In this document: positions 9,901 to 16,638 of the stretch, one piece after another
Layout of the letters: each line of letters begins with the position of its first letter
Position numbering within the stretch: position 1 is the first letter of the stretch
Origin: Candidatus Gottesmanbacteria bacterium RIFCSPHIGHO2_02_FULL_40_13
Lineage (GTDB): Bacteria > Patescibacteriota > Microgenomatia > 2-02-FULL-39-11
NCBI GenBank assembly: GCA_001779235.1
Contig: MFJN01000034.1
Coordinates: 11,202 to 55,530 of the forward strand
DNA length: 44,329 bases
Direction: 5' to 3'
Notes under the pieces: generated by a model
The model's database searches: none
What the model was told of the DNA's origin: nothing
What the model saw: only the letters and a program-made list of their open reading frames with translations
Made by a program: the position numbers and the translations under genes

Positions 9901-10454
9901 CGCCGACGAATTGGCAGGTAGCGTCCACTCTTTCCAACGCTTTCAACTTTTCCTATTACTGGGAATCTTTGAAAAACAATCCTGATGTTGTTACTGTACC
10001 AAATACAACCACTATTCCTTCTTCTGATATAGTCGCAGACAAATCTATATATTATTATAATCAGGCGTTGATATCTTTGAATTCAAATCTTACTTTAATG
10101 CCGTCGGGTAATGTGGCAATATTCTTAATCTCAGGTTCACTGAATATTAAAAATAATTTTACAGTTACCCCGGACGAGTCAGTAGTGTTTGTGGTGAACG
10201 GTAATATTGAGGTGGACAGCAATGTGACCCGTGTCGACGGACTTTTTATCGACAGCGGAACATTTTCAGTTGCAACCGGCCCGGATCCGCTTGTCATCAA
10301 CGGAATGGTTTATACCGGGGAGATGAGTTTAAACAGGACTTACAAAAGTTTTTCCGCACCAACCTATAAATTTATCTACCAGCCGAAATACGTGATAGCA
10401 TTATTGCCGTATCTTGGCAGGCCGCAGATTAATTGGCAGGAGGGAGGACCATGA
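6909..10454 (+). CDS. Giant secreted surface protein: signal peptide, 18-Cys N-terminal module, several domains separated by (T/P)n linkers, C-terminal about 330-aa domain
   Basis: MKSRKPIQVLLLISIFISLGLIFLLNPPKTSAQ looks like a signal peptide. An alternative ATG lies at 6891. There are 18 Cys within about 130 aa (SCGGYWNCCIGGLCCDPPQC...NCGCAGE). TPTPT-type linkers are encoded at about 7950-8080, 8390-8520, 8860-8960 and 9640-9730. The stop TGA (10452-10454) overlaps the ATG of the PilX-like gene (ATGA). Confidence 0.85.
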   Translation: MKSRKPIQVLLLISIFISLGLIFLLNPPKTSAQSCGGYWNCCIGGLCCDPPQCTSYTCHSDFQDSCSGTTQSACEDTGSNSYPDCSENGYSRCDNDPSYEPGGGPGCTWDPGGGGGATNTPAGAWCTGGHEDCVGGDPGDSCGNGGTCQDNNSDHNCGCAGETVPTDTPTPTPTPICPSIGSVSPSSITSGTTVDIAVTYTDLSGGSNIDRGYLGFNGCTLDPGEAYNSNFERELANYMGMFYAASANWGGVGTNGTGGACSLGSYGDDPWGYFGGTTIGFDNANSNLTVNTVSTSVSGNNRTFTWNVTLQNNFPAGSYSYYGMVRDADNNYQGCGGARWTKLNSLQVITPTPTITPTRTPTPTRTPTPTITLTPTPTITLTPTRTPTPYVNAYFRNSAGLTVTANAGAYFWNGGNRVDPQFNISEYLHHANYSWHTEKGVGVDPAGSDIVIGITPSPLTGTLSNYTNGSEYWWRYLWPSWNTAEHSITFIIASPTPTPTPTRTPTPTITPTPTPTITLTPTVTPTVTPTPTLTPTPTFYNLYGWIYTETNNAVVRSEEASEGLLPGYTVDLTGDEERTTISQGSPIAGFLANYIFTPLYNGTYEVQMPITPTDSVLFPRYTNPKIAIIAGGDVIADFPFITITPYLSPTSTPTATPTSTPPPITPTPTSLWSPTPTVGSGTPTPTSYPCQTLPTPILNAPSHLLCTNIKPAFSAYVSNPNNDNVWAHFYSNYYETFSRTGSVVSPSGGNSIWTPDGSVLNTTGGYWWTAYTESSSCPRSFDAPANLLNMDYTPPPKPQAPVCTITDPNLYSGLCALHCEWEADPEPVPPTPTPPSCSDTGDYHPIFRSYGGPGVVDPPGWIGNVLFVDVEAEAGQELYASVEARDGLGNTSLPSDEAGPYTCEEIIFPVSPTPGGPTLTPTGSPPPTATLTPSITPVPSPEIWSQVFGGDVYEPSLLQSNLPSGKYYLDDISLLFPNSAGVLWSGSGAGDFGYGTSSPTNWQVASTLSNAFNFSYYWESLKNNPDVVTVPNTTTIPSSDIVADKSIYYYNQALISLNSNLTLMPSGNVAIFLISGSLNIKNNFTVTPDESVVFVVNGNIEVDSNVTRVDGLFIDSGTFSVATGPDPLVINGMVYTGEMSLNRTYKSFSAPTYKFIYQPKYVIALLPYLGRPQINWQEGGP
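7993..8056 (+). repeat. 64-bp direct repeat, copy A (linker-coding), 62/64 identical to copy B
   Basis: cccccacccgtacccctactccaaccattactctcacccctactccaaccattactctcacccc. It contains an internal tandem of acccctactccaaccattactct. Confidence 0.9.
8407..8470 (+). repeat. 64-bp direct repeat, copy B
   Basis: Differs from copy A at two positions only. The offset of 414 bp (138 codons) keeps it in frame. Confidence 0.9.
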
Positions 10455-11365
10455 TTATGAAAATCCAAATTACTCCGCCAAAGGCGGATCAGCCTCTGGC
10501 TGAAAATTTCAAATTCCAAATAAACAGGAAGAATTATATAACCCGCGATAAATCAGCAGGTCAAATAGTATTGATACTGGTTCTAATTACCGTAGTTGGT
10601 TTGACTATCGGATTATCCCTGATTTCCAGGTCGGTGACCGACGTCAGAATATCATCGCAGATTGAAGAATCAAGCAGGGCCTTTTCAGCGGCAGAGGCAG
10701 GTGTGGAAAATGCCTTAAAGATCATTAATGTATTCCCGACTGACACGCCTCAATCCATCACCCTGGATAATGCTTCAGCAGAATACACAGTTTCCGATAT
10801 AGGAGGCAGCAACAGTCTTTACTCCTTCCCTGCGACCGAAGCCAATTCATCACAGATCCTCTGGCTGGTGAATCATGATTCTGACGGAGGCTTGGGTATA
10901 GCCTATTATTCTAAAACAGATTCACTGGATATTTGCTGGGGTATAGCCGGAAATAATGCAGCTATTGAGTTTAGCCTTTATTATAAAACCGGCTCAACAT
11001 ATAAAATCGCCAAGTCTGCTTATGATCCGGATATTTCCCGCGCCGGCAATAATAAATTTAACCCGGCTGATACAGATGGTAGTTACTGCGAAAGTATTTA
11101 TCCGTATAAACATACGATCAACTTTATTACTGATTTTGGAGTTTCGGAGGCTGATAATTTATTGGCTCTGCGAATGACACCGGTTTATGAGAATACTGCA
11201 ATAGGCGTCAAACCCACTGAGAATTTGCCCGTCCAGGGAAATCAAATAAATTCCGTGGGTAAAACCACTACGGGGGTAGTACGAAAAATTCAGGTGAACA
11301 AGACTTACAGTATCTTGCCGGGGTTATTGGACTTCGCTTTGTATTGCGAATCCAACTGCCAGTAA
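10451..11365 (+). CDS. PilX-like type IV pilus-associated protein (PilX_N-type N-terminus)
   Basis: GGAGG at 10444-10448. ATG at 10451 (ATGA overlap with the upstream stop) or at 10457; the ORF-track start 10433 is TTG. The TM helix GQIVLILVLITVVGLTIGLSLI followed by SRAFSAAEAGVENAL is typical of the PilX N-terminal domain. There is no G/FTLxE prepilin cleavage motif. Confidence 0.6.
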   Translation: MIMKIQITPPKADQPLAENFKFQINRKNYITRDKSAGQIVLILVLITVVGLTIGLSLISRSVTDVRISSQIEESSRAFSAAEAGVENALKIINVFPTDTPQSITLDNASAEYTVSDIGGSNSLYSFPATEANSSQILWLVNHDSDGGLGIAYYSKTDSLDICWGIAGNNAAIEFSLYYKTGSTYKIAKSAYDPDISRAGNNKFNPADTDGSYCESIYPYKHTINFITDFGVSEADNLLALRMTPVYENTAIGVKPTENLPVQGNQINSVGKTTTGVVRKIQVNKTYSILPGLLDFALYCESNCQ

Positions 11366-11455
11366 TATCATAAATATGAAACGTAAAAAACGCTTGACAA
11401 AAAGGCATAGATTTTCTAAGGTTAGTTATATGAATAAACCTCTTTATTAACCCCA

Positions 11456-11484
11456 TTGACAATTGTTTGCCGGATTAAGATACT
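11456..11484 (+). promoter_or_regulatory. Candidate pilM promoter
   Basis: TTGACA (11456-11461), 17 nt, GATACT (11479-11484). A second TTGACA (11394-11399) with 17 nt and TAAGGT (11417-11422) lies upstream. I cannot choose between them. Confidence 0.3.
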
Positions 11485-11512
11485 TAGTATATAAACTTAT
11501 TTTTACAATGGA

Positions 11513-12541
11513 ATGAGTAATATTTTAATTGGACTGGATATAGGGTCCAGTTCGATCAAAGCTGCCCAAATATCCAAAGACAAGGCCATTTCCACCCTGC
11601 TGGCGGCAGGTTATATTGCCACTCCGGTTAGGGACGTGACCAGTATGAATGAGCATGATGAGCAGGAACTGGCAAACAGCATCAACCATCTGGTTCATGA
11701 TATGAAAGTTTCCAACATTAATGTGTCTGCGTCGCTCCCCTCTTCCAAAGTTATCACCCGGATAGTGGAGATGCCCCTAATGGATGATAAGGAGCTTGCC
11801 TCAAGCATACAATGGGAAGCAGAGCAGTATATACCTTTTCCTTTAACCAAGGTGAAACTGGATTATGCCGTGGTAAGTGCTAATATTCAGACGAAAAAGA
11901 TGAATGTTCTGCTGGTTGCAGCTCAGATAAGCCTGATTGAGTCTTATATGCGTATTATTACGCTGGCAGGTCTAAATCCTATCGCGCTGGAAACTGAAAT
12001 CATGGCCATTGGCAGAAGCGTTGGTTTCAGTCTGCCTACCGTGTCTGATGTTTTGATTGTCTCTATAGGTGCAAATGCCACCGATATTGCTCTAATGCAT
12101 GACATGGTCTTAAGTTTTACAAAATCGTACCCGATTGGCGGAAATAATATGTCCCAGGCGATAGCTGAAGAGTTGGGGTTTGAGATTGCCCAGGCAGAAG
12201 AATATAAAAAAACTTACGGATTGGAGGAACATAAGCTTGAAGGAAAAATTGCCAAAATTATCTCGCCTTACATCAATAATCTTATTGAGGAGATGGAGAA
12301 AATAGTTGCCTTTTACAAAAAAACATTTGCGAGTTCGGAAATTTCGACGGTAGTCATCTCAGGAGCGGCCTCAAAACTGCCGGGATTGGTTCTGACAATC
12401 ACCAAAAATTTAGGCCTTGATTCCCAGTTGAGCAATCCTTTCATCAATTTAAGCGTTGATCCAAAAATTCTGCCTAAATTGACGGAAGAAGCGCCGTTAT
12501 ATACGACTTCCATCGGCCTTGCTTTAAAGGAAACAGATTAA
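11513..12541 (+). CDS. pilM: Type IV pilus assembly protein PilM (actin-like ATPase fold)
   Basis: GLDIGSSSIKAAQI N-terminus, SIGANATDIAL, ISGAASKLPGL. Size about 340 aa. Followed by PilN- and PilO-like genes. Confidence 0.9.
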   Translation: MSNILIGLDIGSSSIKAAQISKDKAISTLLAAGYIATPVRDVTSMNEHDEQELANSINHLVHDMKVSNINVSASLPSSKVITRIVEMPLMDDKELASSIQWEAEQYIPFPLTKVKLDYAVVSANIQTKKMNVLLVAAQISLIESYMRIITLAGLNPIALETEIMAIGRSVGFSLPTVSDVLIVSIGANATDIALMHDMVLSFTKSYPIGGNNMSQAIAEELGFEIAQAEEYKKTYGLEEHKLEGKIAKIISPYINNLIEEMEKIVAFYKKTFASSEISTVVISGAASKLPGLVLTITKNLGLDSQLSNPFINLSVDPKILPKLTEEAPLYTTSIGLALKETD

Positions 12542-12545
12542 TAAT

Positions 12546-13118
12546 ATGGTCAAAAAAAGTATCAATTTACTGATCGAGAAAGAATTGGATTCACTGCTGG
12601 TTGCCAAATTAAAACACTACCTGCCTGTTGCCGCAGCTGTCTGTTTTATACTTTTTATCATCCTTTTTATAGTATCGATCACCATTACGAAGAAAAATCT
12701 GGCCCAATATAATACTCTTAAAGAAGAGGTAAACAAAATCGAAAATAAAATAGATGAAAAGCAAAATCTTGAGGGAGTTTATACTCTCAGCTACAGCATT
12801 TTAAAAATCATAAATGAGATTACCGGTAATAAAGTAAATTTTACCCCGCTGCTCGCTTCGGTTATAAAAATAAACTCAGATGACCTGTCATTAACCAAGG
12901 CTATGTCTGATGACAAAGGCCTGGTAAATTTCAGCATCAGCGCTTCGTCATCGGCAGCCCTCAATAATTTGGTTTCTTTTCTTCATGAAAGGGAAGATAA
13001 GGATAAAATATTTTCCGCCATTTATGCCCACCGTGCCACCAGAAATACAGACGGAGGATATCAGATATCTGTTTCTTTCAAAGCAGACGAGTCGCTTTAT
13101 CATGAAAAAACCAATTAA
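12546..13118 (+). CDS. pilN: PilN-like pilus assembly protein
   Basis: N-terminal SINLL motif (the PilM-binding INLLP-like motif), a single TM, a coiled-coil region, and its position after pilM. Confidence 0.7.
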   Translation: MVKKSINLLIEKELDSLLVAKLKHYLPVAAAVCFILFIILFIVSITITKKNLAQYNTLKEEVNKIENKIDEKQNLEGVYTLSYSILKIINEITGNKVNFTPLLASVIKINSDDLSLTKAMSDDKGLVNFSISASSSAALNNLVSFLHEREDKDKIFSAIYAHRATRNTDGGYQISVSFKADESLYHEKTN

Positions 13119-13830
13119 TTATTATCTTTATAAGTTAAAAAAATATGAAATTATCGGAGTTTCATCTTTGGTTATTTTATCAGTTCTGGCTTTATCATAT
13201 TATTTTCTCCTGCCGAATCTCCGTAAAGCGCAGGAAATATTTTCCCAGCAAAAACAGTTGAGGGCGCGTTTGACCATTCTGCGGAAAAAAGATGAACTGC
13301 TGTCCACGATCGACAGTAAAGTTTATCAGGAAAATATCAATAAACTGACCGGTATTTTACCCGGATCGAAAGATTATGTTTCTTTATTTAATACATTTGA
13401 CAACCTGCAGATTGAGAGCGGTGTGACCATTCTGAAAACTGATCTTCAGCTGGGAAGCATATCCACGCAGTCTGGCAAGTTGAAGAAAGATACTCTATCA
13501 TCAGCCTTCATCATACCTGTAAAAATTGATATTATCGGAAATATTGACCAGATAAATAACTTTATCAATTCTCTGGCTGATTTAACAAACCGGATTATCA
13601 CCGTGAATAACATTTCCTGGGGCAGCAGTGCAGACGGCTTATATAAGGTATCACTTGACGGCAACAGTTATTTCTATCCCCTGCCGTCAAAAATCGGCGG
13701 TATCGATTCACCACTCGTGGAAATCAATGAAAAACAGCAAAAAATTCTGGATACAATCGCCGCAATACCGGCCCAAAGAGTTGATGAGAGTGAGTTTGTC
13801 CCGCTCGGCAAGCCAAATTTATTTAACTAA
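13102..13830 (+). CDS. pilO: PilO-like pilus assembly protein
   Basis: ATG at 13102 (MKKPINYY...). TM IIGVSSLVILSVLALSYYFLL plus a coiled coil. The ORF-track 5' extension to 12985 overlaps pilN and is unlikely. Overlaps the pilN stop by 17 nt. Confidence 0.6.
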   Translation: MKKPINYYLYKLKKYEIIGVSSLVILSVLALSYYFLLPNLRKAQEIFSQQKQLRARLTILRKKDELLSTIDSKVYQENINKLTGILPGSKDYVSLFNTFDNLQIESGVTILKTDLQLGSISTQSGKLKKDTLSSAFIIPVKIDIIGNIDQINNFINSLADLTNRIITVNNISWGSSADGLYKVSLDGNSYFYPLPSKIGGIDSPLVEINEKQQKILDTIAAIPAQRVDESEFVPLGKPNLFN

Positions 13831-14472
13831 TCGGTGCGCCTTTTTCCAAAGGTTAATCTCCTGATGATTGCCTGACAGGAGCACGGAAGGTACTTTATAT
13901 TTATTATAGACTTTTGGCCTGGTATATTGCGGATCTTCGAAAAAATTATCTTCAGAATAGGATTCGTTAATAAGCGAGTCTTTATTCAAAACTCCTTTTA
14001 CTAATCGGCAAACAGCATCGCAGACTACCATGGCAGGAATCTCTCCCCCTGTTAAAATATAATTGCCTATGGATAAAGATTCATCAACAAAATGTTTGAT
14101 GCGTTCGTCAAATCCTTCATAATGGCCGGAGATGAGAATCAGGTGATCAAGGCGTGTGTACTTGCGGGCAAGAGCTTGCGTAAATTGCTTGCCTTTGGGA
14201 TCCAGTAAGATTTTTTTTTCCCTGATTTTAAATTCCTTGTTCTTAAGACTGACAGCTTTGATAGCCCTGTGTAAAATATCCACTCTCATTAACATCCCGG
14301 CCCCGCCTCCGTACGGTTTTCCGTCTACTGATTTGTATTTATCCTCAGCAAAATTTCTGATATCGACATACCTGATGTCTATCAGTTTTTTATGCCTTGC
14401 CCGTCCGATAATGGAAAGATCAAATATGGGGTGAAATACCGGGGGAAATAAAGTCAAAATTGTTATTTTCAC
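13819..14472 (-). CDS. trmD: tRNA (guanine37-N1)-methyltransferase TrmD
   Basis: KITILTLFPPVF..., YGGGAGMLM, ISGHYEGFDERI, SIGNYILTGGE. The likely start is GTG at 14472; the track start 14523 is TTG with a non-homologous extension. The 3' end overlaps convergent pilO by 12 nt. Confidence 0.93.
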   Translation of the reverse strand: MKITILTLFPPVFHPIFDLSIIGRARHKKLIDIRYVDIRNFAEDKYKSVDGKPYGGGAGMLMRVDILHRAIKAVSLKNKEFKIREKKILLDPKGKQFTQALARKYTRLDHLILISGHYEGFDERIKHFVDESLSIGNYILTGGEIPAMVVCDAVCRLVKGVLNKDSLINESYSEDNFFEDPQYTRPKVYNKYKVPSVLLSGNHQEINLWKKAHRLVK

Positions 14473-14559
14473 AACTGTCAGGGCGAACTCAAAAATAATA
14501 TCTGCATTTTGGATTCGCCACAAAGGGCCGCAATCCCGATGTACATCGGGAGCGAGCCC

Positions 14560-14790
14560 CTAGGATACATCAATACGAATCTGCTTATTATTTTTTGCCG
14601 CCCATATTTTGGCAATATTCCTGATTGCCTGTATGATTTTCCCCTGCTTACCGATAATTTTGCCTACATCATCTTTGTTGGCAGTGATCAGGTATTGGAT
14701 ATTCAGGTCATCAATTATCGTCTCCGTAACGACCAGATCCTCAGGTTTTTGAATGATTAAAGTGAGAATATATTCGAGTACTTGTTTCAT
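14560..14790 (-). CDS. KH-domain RNA-binding protein (UPF0109/YlqC-like)
   Basis: VGKIIGKQGKIIQAIR, a GXXG KH motif. Classic position between rpsP and trmD. ATGA overlap with the rpsP stop. Confidence 0.88.
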   Translation of the reverse strand: MKQVLEYILTLIIQKPEDLVVTETIIDDLNIQYLITANKDDVGKIIGKQGKIIQAIRNIAKIWAAKNNKQIRIDVS

Positions 14791-15017
14791 GTGGTTAGTA
14801 ATTTTCGTACAGTCTCTGTCATTTGCGCTCCATTTTTAATCCATTTAGCAACCGCCTCTCTGTTTACTTTCAAGGTGAATGGCTGGGTTAAGGGATCATA
14901 ATATCCCAGATTTTCTAATGCTTTACCGGTCCTCTTTGTTTTTTGATCGGAAGCTACGATCCGGTAAAACGGCTTTGATATCCTACCCAGAAGCGTTAAT
15001 TTAATTTTTACTGCCAT
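14787..15017 (-). CDS. rpsP: 30S ribosomal protein S16
   Basis: MAVKIKLTLLGRISKPFYRIVASD...GYYDP. AAGGA lies 5-6 nt upstream of the ATG at 15017. The upstream ATG at 15056 would add 13 non-conserved residues. Confidence 0.93.
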   Translation of the reverse strand: MAVKIKLTLLGRISKPFYRIVASDQKTKRTGKALENLGYYDPLTQPFTLKVNREAVAKWIKNGAQMTETVRKLLTT

Positions 15018-15122
15018 AAATTTCCTTACATTCACGAGTTTCGCGTTATTCGTCATCCCGACCGAACCAGTCAGACTGGTGAGTGGAGGGATCTTCCACG
15101 AAATGACTAACTTACTATTATA

Positions 15123-15839
15123 TTATTTTTTGTTCCAATTCTCAAGTGCGCTTGTGGCAGCAGACTGTTCTGCCTCCTGTTTATTGTGTCCAGCGCCTGA
15201 CCCCCAAAGTTTGGAATTGACATATACTCCTATCGTAAACTCTTTGGCGTGGTCAGGCCCTGTTTCCTTAATTACCTGATAGAGAGGTGAATTTTTAGTA
15301 TTTTCCTGCACAATTTCCTGAAAGGTGCTTTTGGCATCCTTATAGGATTTGTCCTTAATAATTCCGGGTATCATGGGAAATATATGTTGTTCGATAATTT
15401 TTTTAGCTGCTTTAAGGCCCAAACCCAGGTATATTGCCCCGATTAAAGCTTCAAAAGTATCAGCCATAAGTGATGAGTTGTTTTTACCGCCGCTTTCTTC
15501 CTCGCCTTTGGACAGTTTCAGGAAATCTCCCAGGTGGAGTTTAGACGCGATTTTGGCTAGAGTGGAAGTCTTGACCAGCGATGAACGCAAATTGGTTAAA
15601 TATCCTTCACTGTACTGCGGATAAGAATTATAAAGAAAATCAGATACTACAAAAGATAAAACAGTATCCCCCAGAAATTCCAGACGCTCATTCGATTCTA
15701 TTTTATTTTTTGTTTCGTTTAAAAATGAACGGTGATTAAATGCCCTATCCAGGAGTTCTTCATGGGTAAATTTTATCTTGAGGATTTTTAAAAGATCATT
15801 GTACTTTACCATATCAAATTTCATCGCTGTACTGCTCAA
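15123..15839 (-). CDS. rnc: Ribonuclease III
   Basis: NERLEFLGDTVL signature, C-terminal dsRBD (GPDHAKEF...GSGAGHNKQEAEQSAA). Confidence 0.95.
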   Translation of the reverse strand: MSSTAMKFDMVKYNDLLKILKIKFTHEELLDRAFNHRSFLNETKNKIESNERLEFLGDTVLSFVVSDFLYNSYPQYSEGYLTNLRSSLVKTSTLAKIASKLHLGDFLKLSKGEEESGGKNNSSLMADTFEALIGAIYLGLGLKAAKKIIEQHIFPMIPGIIKDKSYKDAKSTFQEIVQENTKNSPLYQVIKETGPDHAKEFTIGVYVNSKLWGSGAGHNKQEAEQSAATSALENWNKK

Positions 15840-16059
15840 TAAAAATGATCAGATCGCCTACCGTCGTAATGGTGTGTATATCCAGATCATCAGGAATCTG
15901 AAAATTATATTCTTTTGAAAGAATTGATAAAGCGTCTATAACTTCGATGCTGGATAAATTCAGGTCGTCTGACAATTTCGATTCCAGGGTAATTGATTCC
16001 GGGTTAACTCCGAATTCATCGGATAATATTTTTTTTATGGCCTCAAAATTATCATGCAT
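15814..16059 (-). CDS. acpP: Acyl carrier protein-like (PP-binding) protein
   Basis: LSDDLNLSSIEVIDALSILSKEYNFQIPDD resembles the ACP helix II region (DSL replaced by SSI). About 80 aa. ATG at 16059 overlaps the nusB stop by 8 nt. Confidence 0.7.
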   Translation of the reverse strand: MHDNFEAIKKILSDEFGVNPESITLESKLSDDLNLSSIEVIDALSILSKEYNFQIPDDLDIHTITTVGDLIIFIEQYSDEI

Positions 16060-16435
16060 AATTTTTTTTAAGAAGATATCCCAAAACACCGTTTATAAAC
16101 ATGGGGCTAGCTTCACCCCCGTAAGCTTTTGCGAGCTCGACAGCTTCGTCTATGATAACTTTAACAGGCTCATGCCTTTCAATCAAGAGTTCATAAACTG
16201 ACAAACGCAATATAGCGAGGTCTATTTTGGCGATTTTATCCAGAGGAAACTGTTTGGCTGACCCCTGTATATTTTCGTCGATCCTGGCGAGATTATTTTG
16301 AATTTTAAGAAAATCTTTGTTGGCGGAAACAGCGGAACGCGATGAAAAACTTTCTGCAAAAAGCGCTTTCACAAGTTTTATTCTTTTACGGTGTCTGGGA
16401 TCGCTGGCTTTTTTCATAGATACGACTTCGCTCAC
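16052..16435 (-). CDS. nusB: Transcription antitermination factor NusB
   Basis: RHRKRIKLVKALF..., DLAILRLSVYELL, VIIDEAVELAKAYGGEASPMFINGVLG. Confidence 0.92.
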   Translation of the reverse strand: MSEVVSMKKASDPRHRKRIKLVKALFAESFSSRSAVSANKDFLKIQNNLARIDENIQGSAKQFPLDKIAKIDLAILRLSVYELLIERHEPVKVIIDEAVELAKAYGGEASPMFINGVLGYLLKKNYA

Positions 16436-16459
16436 TATGGCCCTGAGCTTGCTGAAGGG

Positions 16460-16618
16460 TCATTTATAAAAACCGCATTTCGGACAAATCCGGTGGGGCA
16501 CCTTAAGAGATTTGCATTTAGGACAGGTGTTAGGATTAGTCAATCGCACACGCATATTTTCATTCTCTCTCTTGCCTGATCTCCTGGTTGAGTGCCTTCT
16601 TTTGGGAAGCGGGGCCAT
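16460..16618 (-). CDS. rpmF: 50S ribosomal protein L32 (52 aa, below the ORF-track cutoff)
   Basis: Hand translation of the minus strand gives MAPLPKRRHSTRRSGKRENENMRVRLTNPNTCPKCKSLKVPHRICPKCGFYK*. This has the L32 N-terminal basic motif plus the CxxC...CxxC zinc ribbon. Confidence 0.9.
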   Translation of the reverse strand: MAPLPKRRHSTRRSGKRENENMRVRLTNPNTCPKCKSLKVPHRICPKCGFYK

Positions 16619-16638
16619 AATTATTTAGGTAAATATGA

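Noticed and set aside
11376-11450. 24-codon basic mini-ORF MKRKKRLTKRHRFSKVSYMNKPLY upstream of pilM
   Set aside because: It superficially resembles a small ribosomal protein but matches none I know (L34, L36). It overlaps candidate pilM promoter hexamers, and I see no SD or other support.
12985-13101. Upstream extension of the PilO-like ORF
   Set aside because: It overlaps the 3' end of pilN in another frame. MKKPINYY at 13102, followed by the TM helix, is the natural start.
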